From Gammaproteobacteria bacterium (lineage in GTDB: Bacteria; Pseudomonadota; Gammaproteobacteria; Arenicellales; Poriferihabitantaceae), in NCBI GenBank assembly GCA_011088265.1, contig JAALKB010000001.1, positions 107,576 to 165,452 of the forward strand: DNA of 57,877 nucleotides, written 5' to 3'. Below, one piece after another: positions 11,287-19,661 of this stretch. Under the pieces are notes generated by a model. That model had not been told where the DNA came from and made no database searches. It saw nothing but the letters and a program-made list of their open reading frames with translations. The first letter of the stretch is position 1; every line of letters starts with the position of its first letter. The translations under genes were made by a program, and so were the position numbers.

Positions 11287-12394
11287 AGCCCGCGTTAAAC
11301 ACAGCCATCGCTTCGCCACTTGCTATTTTGGCTCTCACCAGGTCCGCACCGTCTTTAATATCACGGCATATTCCGAGATGACTGAGCACGATCGACGATC
11401 CATAAATCAGGCTATCCATCGCCGGCCCTCGTACATTATTCAACGCACTGAGACCTTCTGCTGCCACACGCTCTACAACAGGTTTCAATACTTCGGTGTT
11501 CAACCAGGAAGTTTTTTCCATTGCGGGAAGGATGTCCTCCGCAACAGGAACCATGCGCAATTTTTGTTCTATCCCTAACTCCTGGGGAGAGAGCTTATAT
11601 AAAGCCAGGTCGCCTTCATTATGATACCCAAAGTATCTTGATACCTGACTCAGCGAAGGAATACATCCACCTTCTACTCCTCGAATTATCATCCCCGAGT
11701 CATATCCGGCGTGTTTCGCTAATTGGTGGTAAACAGGAGGGTAGGCTTTGTGAACAAATCCTGTCATCAAGTGTGAACGTAATGCCCCACTAATTGGTTT
11801 TAGCACTACTTCCAAAGTCGACAGGCAGGTCCGCTTGACCATAGCGTCACGCAACCGCACCAGCCCATGCAACCCGGGAGCGATTTCTTTTTGGTCGAGA
11901 TATGCCCAACCCAAGTTTTTTTCATCTAGACGCTTTACCGCTTCAGCTACACTGAGATTCACCCGTTTCCCAAGTAATTCAAGCACCATATGACTTGTTA
12001 CCCCGTATTTAGGGCCAACAGAATGAACACCATGTGTATACGTCGGCACGCCACAAGATGCCAGGACCGCGGGAAGAAATGCCGTTACCGGCAGCCCTCT
12101 CAAATACCCATTAAAAGGATCAGTAATTGCCAACACCTCATCAGATTGGGTCGTAGCGGTTCTTAAGCCTTTTTTTAGCGCATTAAGCGCACCGAGATTT
12201 TCGTCATCGGTCTCACGCTTCATTCGAAGCGCAATTAACAGGATAGCGCTTTGTATCTGATCAACTTTTTCCTCCAAAATTAGCGACAAGGCATCTTCCG
12301 CCTGGTCAATGTCCAAAGACTTGCTTAATTCCGGGCCAGTTGCGACCAGTTGCAGGTAGGATCGCATACGAAGCTCTTCCCGACTAATACTCAT
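11285..12394 (-). CDS. glycosyl-transferase-family-3 (TrpD-like) protein lacking the canonical PRPP motif
   Basis: 369 aa. N-terminal helical bundle (ILLIALRMKRET) followed by a TrpD-like core. DPFNGYLRG sits where TrpD carries GTGGD. Confidence 0.6.
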   Translation of the reverse strand: MSISREELRMRSYLQLVATGPELSKSLDIDQAEDALSLILEEKVDQIQSAILLIALRMKRETDDENLGALNALKKGLRTATTQSDEVLAITDPFNGYLRGLPVTAFLPAVLASCGVPTYTHGVHSVGPKYGVTSHMVLELLGKRVNLSVAEAVKRLDEKNLGWAYLDQKEIAPGLHGLVRLRDAMVKRTCLSTLEVVLKPISGALRSHLMTGFVHKAYPPVYHQLAKHAGYDSGMIIRGVEGGCIPSLSQVSRYFGYHNEGDLALYKLSPQELGIEQKLRMVPVAEDILPAMEKTSWLNTEVLKPVVERVAAEGLSALNNVRGPAMDSLIYGSSIVLSHLGICRDIKDGADLVRAKIASGEAMAVFNAG

Positions 12395-12472
12395 TATATT
12401 TAGTCCTGGTTTTCAATATTTCTTCACCGAAAGTCGCACGCCATCAGCCAATTTTTAAAGCACATTGAAGAA

Positions 12473-13477
12473 TCAAAAATTTTCTTCTTCTACCTCGAGA
12501 TAACTCAGGCTTACAACCCGGCCAATGCTCTGTTCAAATCCATCCCAATCAGAAAATTCGGAAGTTCTCTCAACGACAATGGGCTTTATTTCAAAATCAG
12601 ACAGTCCCTCCTCAAACTTTTCCTGCACGACCCGGTGTATCAGGTCGTTCAATCTCTTCGCATTTTGAATAATTCCTACCCCGTCTGTCATGCCATGGCC
12701 CGGTACTACTGTTTCAGGAGCAAGCCCAATAAGATGATCAAGGGTTTCGGACAAGCCGCCGAAATGCCCATCATCCATTCTTCCAAGCCGTTTGTTAAAC
12801 ACCAGGTCACCGGTAAACAGGACCTTTCCCGGCATCACCATGATAGCAATATCAGAAGTTGTGTGGGCCTTACCCTTGTGATGAATAGAAAACACTCGAT
12901 CACCTATTTGGATCTGGTCTCCATCAACCACAGGCGAATCCGGAATTACTGCAACCGTTCCTTTTGTTCCACCGTTTGTCAGACGCCCCATTAAGTCGAC
13001 CCAGTTTTCGGCTTCGCCGCTGCGAGCCAGCTGAATCAAATCAGGATGAGCATAGCTCCTGGCCTCAGGATATATATCGTGAATCGCCTGATTAGCCAAC
13101 CAGTGGTCACCGTGGATGTGAGTGGAAAACAATGCTACAACCGGCAAATCAGTCACGGCTTTTATCTGCCCCAATACCATTCTTCCTGTTTGCACACTGC
13201 TGCCAGCGTCAACCACAACAACTCCTTCAGATGTAACAATGAAACCGGGGTTATTCATAAAGCCCTGGTTACTGGGGCTTGGTAAACCAGAAGGGCCGTG
13301 AATCACATAAACCGAATCGCTAACTTCAATTGCATGATATTTATCCCTTAGAGGCCCAGCCTCCTCTGAAGCATGGAGCACATTCCCAGAGACCACCAAC
13401 AATGCGGCGCCCACCAGAATCATACCGGCGGCATTGTCAAAAAGCCGTTTCGTTTTGTAAAAAAAGTGGATAGTCAT
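12473..13477 (-). CDS. secreted MBL-fold metallo-hydrolase
   Basis: 334 aa. Signal-like N-terminus and the HxHxDH motif (STHIHGDHW). Confidence 0.8.
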   Translation of the reverse strand: MTIHFFYKTKRLFDNAAGMILVGAALLVVSGNVLHASEEAGPLRDKYHAIEVSDSVYVIHGPSGLPSPSNQGFMNNPGFIVTSEGVVVVDAGSSVQTGRMVLGQIKAVTDLPVVALFSTHIHGDHWLANQAIHDIYPEARSYAHPDLIQLARSGEAENWVDLMGRLTNGGTKGTVAVIPDSPVVDGDQIQIGDRVFSIHHKGKAHTTSDIAIMVMPGKVLFTGDLVFNKRLGRMDDGHFGGLSETLDHLIGLAPETVVPGHGMTDGVGIIQNAKRLNDLIHRVVQEKFEEGLSDFEIKPIVVERTSEFSDWDGFEQSIGRVVSLSYLEVEEENF

Positions 13478-13763
13478 GATTACTCCGTAAATAACAACAG
13501 TTGTGAATAGAGATTACTCTGGATGCCCACCAGTCGAAAGCCCTGGGTACATGTTACCTAAGAATCTCAAACAAAGGCATAACTCCAGAGGTAGAGATAA
13601 TTGGTATGCCCTATCCCAAAATGAATAGAACACGGAAACTAGCCATAAAATCAGCTAAACTCGTTCGCTGAGTTGACAATTAAATGGAACTATCTCTTGT
13701 TGTTACTAACCAAATAGTGGGGTTTCTAACCATTGATACCATAAAAATAAACTGAGGTGTCCG

Positions 13764-14885
13764 ATGCGCTTTATTCGACTAGCACTATTCTGTTTTTCCA
13801 GATTGATGAATTCGTTCGCCAGAACTATCACCATAACGATGGTGTGTTGCATGGTAATACTTACGTTACCCTCCTTTTTTGCGACAGCAAATGCAAACAC
13901 AGACAAGGGAGTAGACACCTCATCGATACCACAGGGAAAATTCCTGGGGGCGAAACAAACTACCCATCCAGAGTGGTTTAAGGAGAGCTTCCTGGAATTT
14001 GAAGACGATATCGACGAAGCCACAATGGAAGGAAAACGGGTAGTATTATATTTTCATCAGGATGGCTGCCCTTACTGCAATTTACTAGTAGAAAAAAACT
14101 TCAACGACCCCCTGATCTCAGACAAGATTCGAAACAGATTTGATCTGATCGCGATCAATATGTGGGGAGATAAAGAGGTAGTTCAGGTTGGTGGCAGGAC
14201 TTTTACGGAAAAAACACTGGCAGCAGCCTTGTCTGTTAACTTTACACCCACTTTGTTATTCTTCACGGAAGATCGGGAAGTGGCACTCAGACTCGATGGT
14301 TATCATCCACCGGAGAAATTTGTCCACGCCCTTGACTACGTATCTGGAAAACAGGAGAAAATATCCACTTATCCTGCTTATCTCTCAAGGATCAATCAAA
14401 AGAGTGATGATGTTCCCCTCAATGAAAACCGATGGACCCGCTCTCCGCCTTTTGATTTGTCACAGTTAGGCGACAAACCCATCGCACTACTCTTTGAAGA
14501 GCCCAATTGCAGCTCTTGCAACTTACTTTACCAAAAGACATTTCAGGATCCGTCAGCAGAAGATTTGCTGGAACAGTTTCATGTGGTGCAATTAAACCGG
14601 TGGTCAAATACACCAATTACAAAACCGGATGGTAGTCCAACCACTGCCAAAGAGTGGGCAACGGAGCTTAACCTGGGATTTTCCCCTTCAATTGTTTTTT
14701 TCGATCAGCAAGGAACCAATGTGATGACCATTGACGCAATGTTCAAAACTTTCCACACCTTAGGTGTATTCGACTACATCGCATCAAAAACCTATCGCTC
14801 GGAGCCAAGCTTTCAAAGATACCTAACGGAACGTGCTGAGCACCTACGTAGCCTGGGACAGGATGTTGACATTTGGTCATATTGA
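13764..14885 (+). CDS. periplasmic protein with two SoxW/COG2143-type thioredoxin-fold modules
   Basis: GAGGTG RBS upstream of the ATG and a long hydrophobic N-terminus. Two modules carry CxxC motifs (DGCPYCNLL and PNCSSCNLL), each followed by a (T/S)P(T/S)-hydrophobic-FF strand (FTPTLLFF / FSPSIVFF). Confidence 0.72.
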   Translation: MRFIRLALFCFSRLMNSFARTITITMVCCMVILTLPSFFATANANTDKGVDTSSIPQGKFLGAKQTTHPEWFKESFLEFEDDIDEATMEGKRVVLYFHQDGCPYCNLLVEKNFNDPLISDKIRNRFDLIAINMWGDKEVVQVGGRTFTEKTLAAALSVNFTPTLLFFTEDREVALRLDGYHPPEKFVHALDYVSGKQEKISTYPAYLSRINQKSDDVPLNENRWTRSPPFDLSQLGDKPIALLFEEPNCSSCNLLYQKTFQDPSAEDLLEQFHVVQLNRWSNTPITKPDGSPTTAKEWATELNLGFSPSIVFFDQQGTNVMTIDAMFKTFHTLGVFDYIASKTYRSEPSFQRYLTERAEHLRSLGQDVDIWSY

Positions 14886-15005
14886 CTCCGTGATATAAAG
14901 GATAGCCAGTACTATCTGCTTACAAATTTAGCGCATCAACACTTGTCAATATATGCAAATGTATATTAAAGTTATTACATTGATTACTAAAGAGACAACA
15001 AAACG

Positions 15006-15704
15006 ATGACTGAACACGATCTGGCAAACTCCGACAGCCCTCAAAGGGCGCTATTGATCGGTCGCCCAGTCCCATCGTTTCAGGCACGGAGCACCCATGG
15101 GGACATCTCTTTAGAGGATTATCGAGGAAAATGGCTGGTTATGTTTTCCCACCCCGCTGACTTCACACCCGTTTGTACTTCTGAATTTATCGCGTTCCAA
15201 CGCTCAATTCACGAATTTGAAAACCGGAATTGTGCGCTGCTTGGACTCTCCGTCGACAGCATTTATTCACATGTCGCATGGGTTAAGAATATCCAGGAAA
15301 AATTTAATGTTGAGATTAGCTTCCCAATAGTCGAGGACATCTCCATGGCCGTCTCGTTCGCTTATGGAATGCTTGATGCTTCCTCTCAAAGCACGGCCAC
15401 GGTTAGAGCTGTATTTTTCATCGACCCATGCAGCATTCTTAGAGCGAAAATCATCTATCCCATGCAGGTAGGTAGGTCAATATCAGAAATCATTCGCACT
15501 TTAAGCGCTTTACAAGCTGCTGATGAGACGGGCATGTCCGCCGCGGAAGGCTGGCAACCCAACGAGCCTTTAACCCCGTTAGCACCTACCACGGTCTCTC
15601 AAGCTAACTCAGTGACAACTTCCAGCGAACACGCCGAATGGTATTACACAGAAAGAAAAGTCATTCCACCGAATGAGAACAAACCGTCCACTCGGAAACA
15701 CTAA
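15006..15704 (+). CDS. 1-Cys peroxiredoxin (Prx6-like) with a C-terminal extension
   Basis: 232 aa. Peroxidatic Cys context DFTPVCTSEF. Confidence 0.9.
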   Translation: MTEHDLANSDSPQRALLIGRPVPSFQARSTHGDISLEDYRGKWLVMFSHPADFTPVCTSEFIAFQRSIHEFENRNCALLGLSVDSIYSHVAWVKNIQEKFNVEISFPIVEDISMAVSFAYGMLDASSQSTATVRAVFFIDPCSILRAKIIYPMQVGRSISEIIRTLSALQAADETGMSAAEGWQPNEPLTPLAPTTVSQANSVTTSSEHAEWYYTERKVIPPNENKPSTRKH

Positions 15705-16172
15705 ATGCTAGCTAGTGAGAAAAAATTGGTGCATCACGAAGATAACACGCCGGGGCGCGACTGTGATCTCGACCAGCTGTGCAATACGTTGAAAGTGCTT
15801 GCCAATTCACAAAGGCTAAAAATACTTCGTCACCTACTCGATGGAGAAGCAGCAGTTGGAGAACTGGAATCCATGCTGGGACTAAAGCAACCCAACCTTT
15901 CTCATGAACTTCGAAAGCTCAGGGAGAGCGACATCGTTAAAACCCGGCGACAATCAAAGGTAATTTTTTATTCGATCTCTACTGAAAGCACTGAGAATAT
16001 GATTAGAAATGCCCTGAACCTCGACCCAAAAAGGGAAAGGCAACACCAACCCATTCTCTCTACAAATGAAACCATTAAAAACCCACTTCATTGGGAAAAA
16101 CAGGTTCACAACAGCCACTCCAATATGCCGAAAGAAGAATGCGGACACTTTCCCACCATACAATATCGTTAA
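15705..16172 (+). CDS. ArsR/SmtB-family transcriptional regulator (BigR/SoxR-like core, His/Cys-rich tail)
   Basis: Its ATG directly abuts the peroxiredoxin TAA. wHTH core LKVLANSQRLKILRHL...LSHELRKLRESDIVKTRRQSKVIFYSI. Cys at positions 20, 26 and 146. Confidence 0.9.
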   Translation: MLASEKKLVHHEDNTPGRDCDLDQLCNTLKVLANSQRLKILRHLLDGEAAVGELESMLGLKQPNLSHELRKLRESDIVKTRRQSKVIFYSISTESTENMIRNALNLDPKRERQHQPILSTNETIKNPLHWEKQVHNSHSNMPKEECGHFPTIQYR

Positions 16173-16197
16173 AAAATGCTCACATATGGAGAATATC

Positions 16198-16392
16198 ATG
16201 CCCCCCATACACCCAATAATTCCTGCCAGCGTTATGGTTTTTGTCATGCTGCTTACAACAGCTCCATTCGCTCATGCAGTTAACACTGACAGCGCATCTA
16301 CCATCTCTCATTCTCTATCCCATGATGTGCCGATTTCGATGCAGAGCGATAGCGAGGAAAATCCCGAAGAAGAGGAAGAACCCGACTGTTAG
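16198..16392 (+). CDS. 64-aa Sec-signal micro-protein, acidic, ending in a C-terminal Cys
   Basis: GGAG sits 6 nt upstream of the ATG at 16198. Hydrophobic h-region with an AHA-V cleavage-like site. The mature part of about 37 aa ends ...SEENPEEEEEPDC-stop. Same strand as arsR and the rhodanese gene, and lies between them. Confidence 0.45.
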   Translation: MPPIHPIIPASVMVFVMLLTTAPFAHAVNTDSASTISHSLSHDVPISMQSDSEENPEEEEEPDC

Positions 16393-16519
16393 AGTGGTCT
16401 AAGCAATATTCACAAGCATGTTGAAAACACACTGTTGAAGAGCGATATCCATCATGATACCTAAGATTTTTTCAATACCCGATTTTGTAACCAACTGATT
16501 AACCAACGAGGAAAATAAA

Positions 16520-17221
16520 ATGAAAATCCATAAATTAATAACCATAACTGCGCTCACAGCAGGGCTGAGTTTCAATGCATTAGCTGAAAATAAACCTGTA
16601 GGCATCACACCAGATATGATGTCCATAACGGTGACTCACAATGGCGAAGCTGTTGAAATAAAACGGAATCAGGATAATTCCAATACCGTCATTCCAGCTT
16701 TTGCCAAGACTTCACGGCATTGCCCTCCTTTTTGCATCCAGCCCATGTCCCTTGCCGAAGGCGTGGAGACCCTTGGAGAACTGGAAGTACTTGACTATGC
16801 GGCCAGGATGGAAGGTGGTGACAAGAGCATTCTTCTAATTGACTCCCGCACACCAGATTGGGTAGCGAAAGGCACCATTCCTAGCGCCGTCAATATTCCA
16901 TGGACAGAACTTGTACCCGCCAAAGGTGCAACAACAGAGGGTATTGTCAGTGTCATGAGAGACCAGTTCAATGTTAAAGTAGTGGAAGGGGCGGATGAAA
17001 TCGCGATTGACGATGCAATAGCAAACAATCAGGTATCGGAAGTATTCGATTATTCTGATGCGAGAACACTTGTTCTATTCTGCAATGGGATGTGGTGTGG
17101 TCAATCCCCAGCCAGCATTAAGACTCTCCTCAAATATGGCTACCCTGCGGAAAGCATCAAATGGTATCGCGACGGAATGCAATCCTGGGAAATTCTTGGT
17201 TTCAATACTGCAAAACCATAG
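16520..17221 (+). CDS. periplasmic rhodanese-domain sulfurtransferase
   Basis: GAGGAA RBS and a signal peptide (...SFNALA-ENK). CPPFC motif and a rhodanese active-site loop (FCNGMWCGQSP). Confidence 0.8.
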   Translation: MKIHKLITITALTAGLSFNALAENKPVGITPDMMSITVTHNGEAVEIKRNQDNSNTVIPAFAKTSRHCPPFCIQPMSLAEGVETLGELEVLDYAARMEGGDKSILLIDSRTPDWVAKGTIPSAVNIPWTELVPAKGATTEGIVSVMRDQFNVKVVEGADEIAIDDAIANNQVSEVFDYSDARTLVLFCNGMWCGQSPASIKTLLKYGYPAESIKWYRDGMQSWEILGFNTAKP

Positions 17222-17305
17222 TCAAAAATATCGCCAAAGCTATAGTCAAAACTTAGTCTGGCAATTGCAGAAACAATCCATATTAGCGTCAATAGGCAAT
17301 GAATC

Positions 17306-17332
17306 AAGGGCGACGTAAGTCGCCCTTTTTTT
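17306..17332 (+). terminator. rho-independent terminator after the rhodanese gene
   Basis: AAGGGCGAC-gtaa-GTCGCCCTT followed by a T-run. It lies between convergent genes. Confidence 0.8.
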
Positions 17333-17343
17333 GCCCTAAACTG

Positions 17344-18111
17344 CTAAGGCAAAACTAGCTCGATTGGATATCCCACTTCGGGCAGAGGATTACTAGAAAC
17401 CACTTTAATCAGCGCGAACCCGGGACGGGTATACCTATCCACCGACTCCACACGACCACTAAAATGGTTAACCTGCCCCGACGCTTTAACGCGTAGTTCG
17501 AGCACCTCCCCGTTCTGCGGTACTGCCTGCTCACCTATTTGCATACTGATAGTCACAACTCTTTGCCTGGAACCAAGCAAGATGACTGGCAAATTAGCAG
17601 AATCAATAGCGATACGCTCACCGGCATGGAAACCAAGCCTGAGGACATCTCCATCCACCGGAGCAACGAGTCGAGTCTGTCCAAGTTCAAAACGACGTTT
17701 AGCATACTCCGCTTTTGCCTCATCCAATTCCATCATCGCCTGTAAAAAGGTCAGCTCGGATAGTTGGAGTTCTACCCGGGATAAAGAACCCTCCTCATAA
17801 AGAACAGTATCTCTTTCGAAAGATCGTTTGGACTCCTCAAGTTGGGCAGCAATCGCCACTTTTCTCGATTTGGCCGATTCGAGGGAAAAATAGACATGTT
17901 CATTTTTCAATTCTGCCAGCAAATCCCCTGCTTTCACTGCATCCCCGACCTTAACATGTACCTTTCCGATTTCTCCATCAACCCCCGGATTCAATTTATA
18001 AACATGCGCGAATTCGACACGCCCGGTAAAGTTATCAGCGTAGGGACTCCCTGAAAACCCAAAAAGAGCCATGGCTAAACAACAAAGTATCAACAATTTA
18101 TTATTTGTCAC
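17344..18111 (-). CDS. short periplasmic HlyD/membrane-fusion-like adaptor
   Basis: 255 aa. Cleavable signal, split lipoyl-like motif (GKVHVKVGDAVKAGDLLAEL ... VAPVDGDV), a coiled-coil hairpin and a beta-barrel. No membrane anchor. Confidence 0.7.
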   Translation of the reverse strand: MTNNKLLILCCLAMALFGFSGSPYADNFTGRVEFAHVYKLNPGVDGEIGKVHVKVGDAVKAGDLLAELKNEHVYFSLESAKSRKVAIAAQLEESKRSFERDTVLYEEGSLSRVELQLSELTFLQAMMELDEAKAEYAKRRFELGQTRLVAPVDGDVLRLGFHAGERIAIDSANLPVILLGSRQRVVTISMQIGEQAVPQNGEVLELRVKASGQVNHFSGRVESVDRYTRPGFALIKVVSSNPLPEVGYPIELVLP

Positions 18112-18179
18112 AATGAACTATACCTTCAATAAATTTCATATAAACCCAACCCTAAATAGATCGATTTCTGAGACAACGA

Positions 18180-19490
18180 TTAATTCAGATCACCCTCAGC
18201 AAAAGAAACACCTCCCAATAGCGCGCCAATCTCTTCCCAGACGAAAGCACGTTCGTATTCTGCTTTTTTCTGGCGATATAGCGCCTTTGCCACCTCAGCG
18301 TTCGCACTTCCAATACGCGCACGGACCTCCATTTCGTATTGCAGCCTCACTTTATCCAACTCCAACTCCCGATAAAGCAGTTCTGCCTTTGCCGCACCAA
18401 CTTCGCTATTTAGCACACCAAGTTTATGGACCAACTCTAGAACTTTTTCCCTCAGTCTATATTCCAGAGAATCCAACTCCGCCCTGGCCTTTTCGACCTG
18501 AATCTGTTGCTGCTCAATGTCCGCCTTCTTACGCAAACGTTGCCCAATTGGGATGTCCAAATAAACCACTGCGCGGTATTGGTCACGACTACCTGAGAAA
18601 TGTTCCGCATACTCGGTGCCCTGGACTTGCAAACCCAATGTCGGATCCCATTTTCGGGAAACCAGTAACAACCTCTGCTCCGCTTCCTCCAGGTTTAGTC
18701 TACCCCGGGCAATTGCTGGAGACTCGCTTAGAACTCTCGCGAAAAGCTCATCGTAGTCCGGCAACTCCCTTTCATAATTTGATAACAAAGGCTCCACCAC
18801 CTGGCTAGGAAAGGCGTTGGGTCTATTTAACACCAGCGCTAATCGTAAACGGCTCATCCGTTGGACATTGGCAGCCTCAAGCCGGCTCACCAGAAATGAC
18901 TGATACCGGGACTCTAGCCGGCGGACTTCTATTTCGGAGGTTTCTTCATATATATCCATACTATCTCGGGCGCGGTCAAAGGCCAGATACGATAGCGTCA
19001 TTTCCTCGTCTATGGCTGCATAACCATAATCGGCAATAATGACATCAAAAAAAGCACGAATAATATCGACCCTCATTTGTAAATGTGAACGGCGCTGATG
19101 CTCGGCTAATGCAGACATTCTGGTATCAATAATTTGATTAGACGCCGAATCACGCCCAAAACGACTGATAGGTTTATGAATAAAAATAGATATCCGGCTA
19201 TCGTCAACAAAATCGTGCCCCGGATCCATCAACCTATCCACCTGACGCCACTCCAACCTCATATCAACTTCTGTTCCCATTTCCGCTTTAAGCGATAACC
19301 TTTCCATCTCCGCCTTTTTGATTTCCAGGCCTGAGGTCCTAAGACGCGGATGCTTCTCATCCAACATGGAAAGTGCCTGAGCAAGCGTTAATCTCCGGGG
19401 AAAGGGCTGATCATCCGCCATCGCGATGCTGGAGGTGAATACAACGAACATGAATACGAATGACAGCAGAAGATTCATGGTCACAACCAT
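18180..19490 (-). CDS. TolC-family outer-membrane factor
   Basis: The ORF runs to 19646, but a signal peptide (MVVTMNLLLSFVFMFVVFTSSIAMA-DD) starts at the internal Met codons at 19490/19478. Two OEP-type repeats rich in coiled-coil sequence. Confidence 0.72.
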   Translation of the reverse strand: MVVTMNLLLSFVFMFVVFTSSIAMADDQPFPRRLTLAQALSMLDEKHPRLRTSGLEIKKAEMERLSLKAEMGTEVDMRLEWRQVDRLMDPGHDFVDDSRISIFIHKPISRFGRDSASNQIIDTRMSALAEHQRRSHLQMRVDIIRAFFDVIIADYGYAAIDEEMTLSYLAFDRARDSMDIYEETSEIEVRRLESRYQSFLVSRLEAANVQRMSRLRLALVLNRPNAFPSQVVEPLLSNYERELPDYDELFARVLSESPAIARGRLNLEEAEQRLLLVSRKWDPTLGLQVQGTEYAEHFSGSRDQYRAVVYLDIPIGQRLRKKADIEQQQIQVEKARAELDSLEYRLREKVLELVHKLGVLNSEVGAAKAELLYRELELDKVRLQYEMEVRARIGSANAEVAKALYRQKKAEYERAFVWEEIGALLGGVSFAEGDLN

Positions 19491-19661
19491 TGCAGACGCA
19501 AATGCAGACACTTGTGACGAAGTGGTACCTGGACTGCTGGAACGGTTTCCCAGCAATCGGAAACCAGTACCACCCACCCAGATACTCAGCGGTCCTAAAG
19601 AGATTCGTTTTTCATGAGGATTCATTTTATATAACAAACAATCCATTAACGGGAGATGTTT

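Noticed and set aside
13706-14023. 105-aa minus-strand ORF and 74-aa plus-strand ORF overlapping the 5' end of the double-thioredoxin gene
   Set aside because: They overlap a gene that has a good RBS and a signal sequence, and they have no independent support.
16066-16197. Longer version of the micro-protein ORF that overlaps the arsR 3' end
   Set aside because: The overlapping part is the alternative frame of arsR. A GGAG RBS precedes the ATG at 16198, which directly starts the hydrophobic signal-like segment.
18071-18808. 245-aa plus-strand ORF (Pro-rich) antisense to the TolC-like gene
   Set aside because: It lies entirely inside a well-supported minus-strand gene. Its low-complexity Pro/Leu/Ser composition is typical of the antisense frame, it has no RBS, and it overlaps the HlyD-like gene start.
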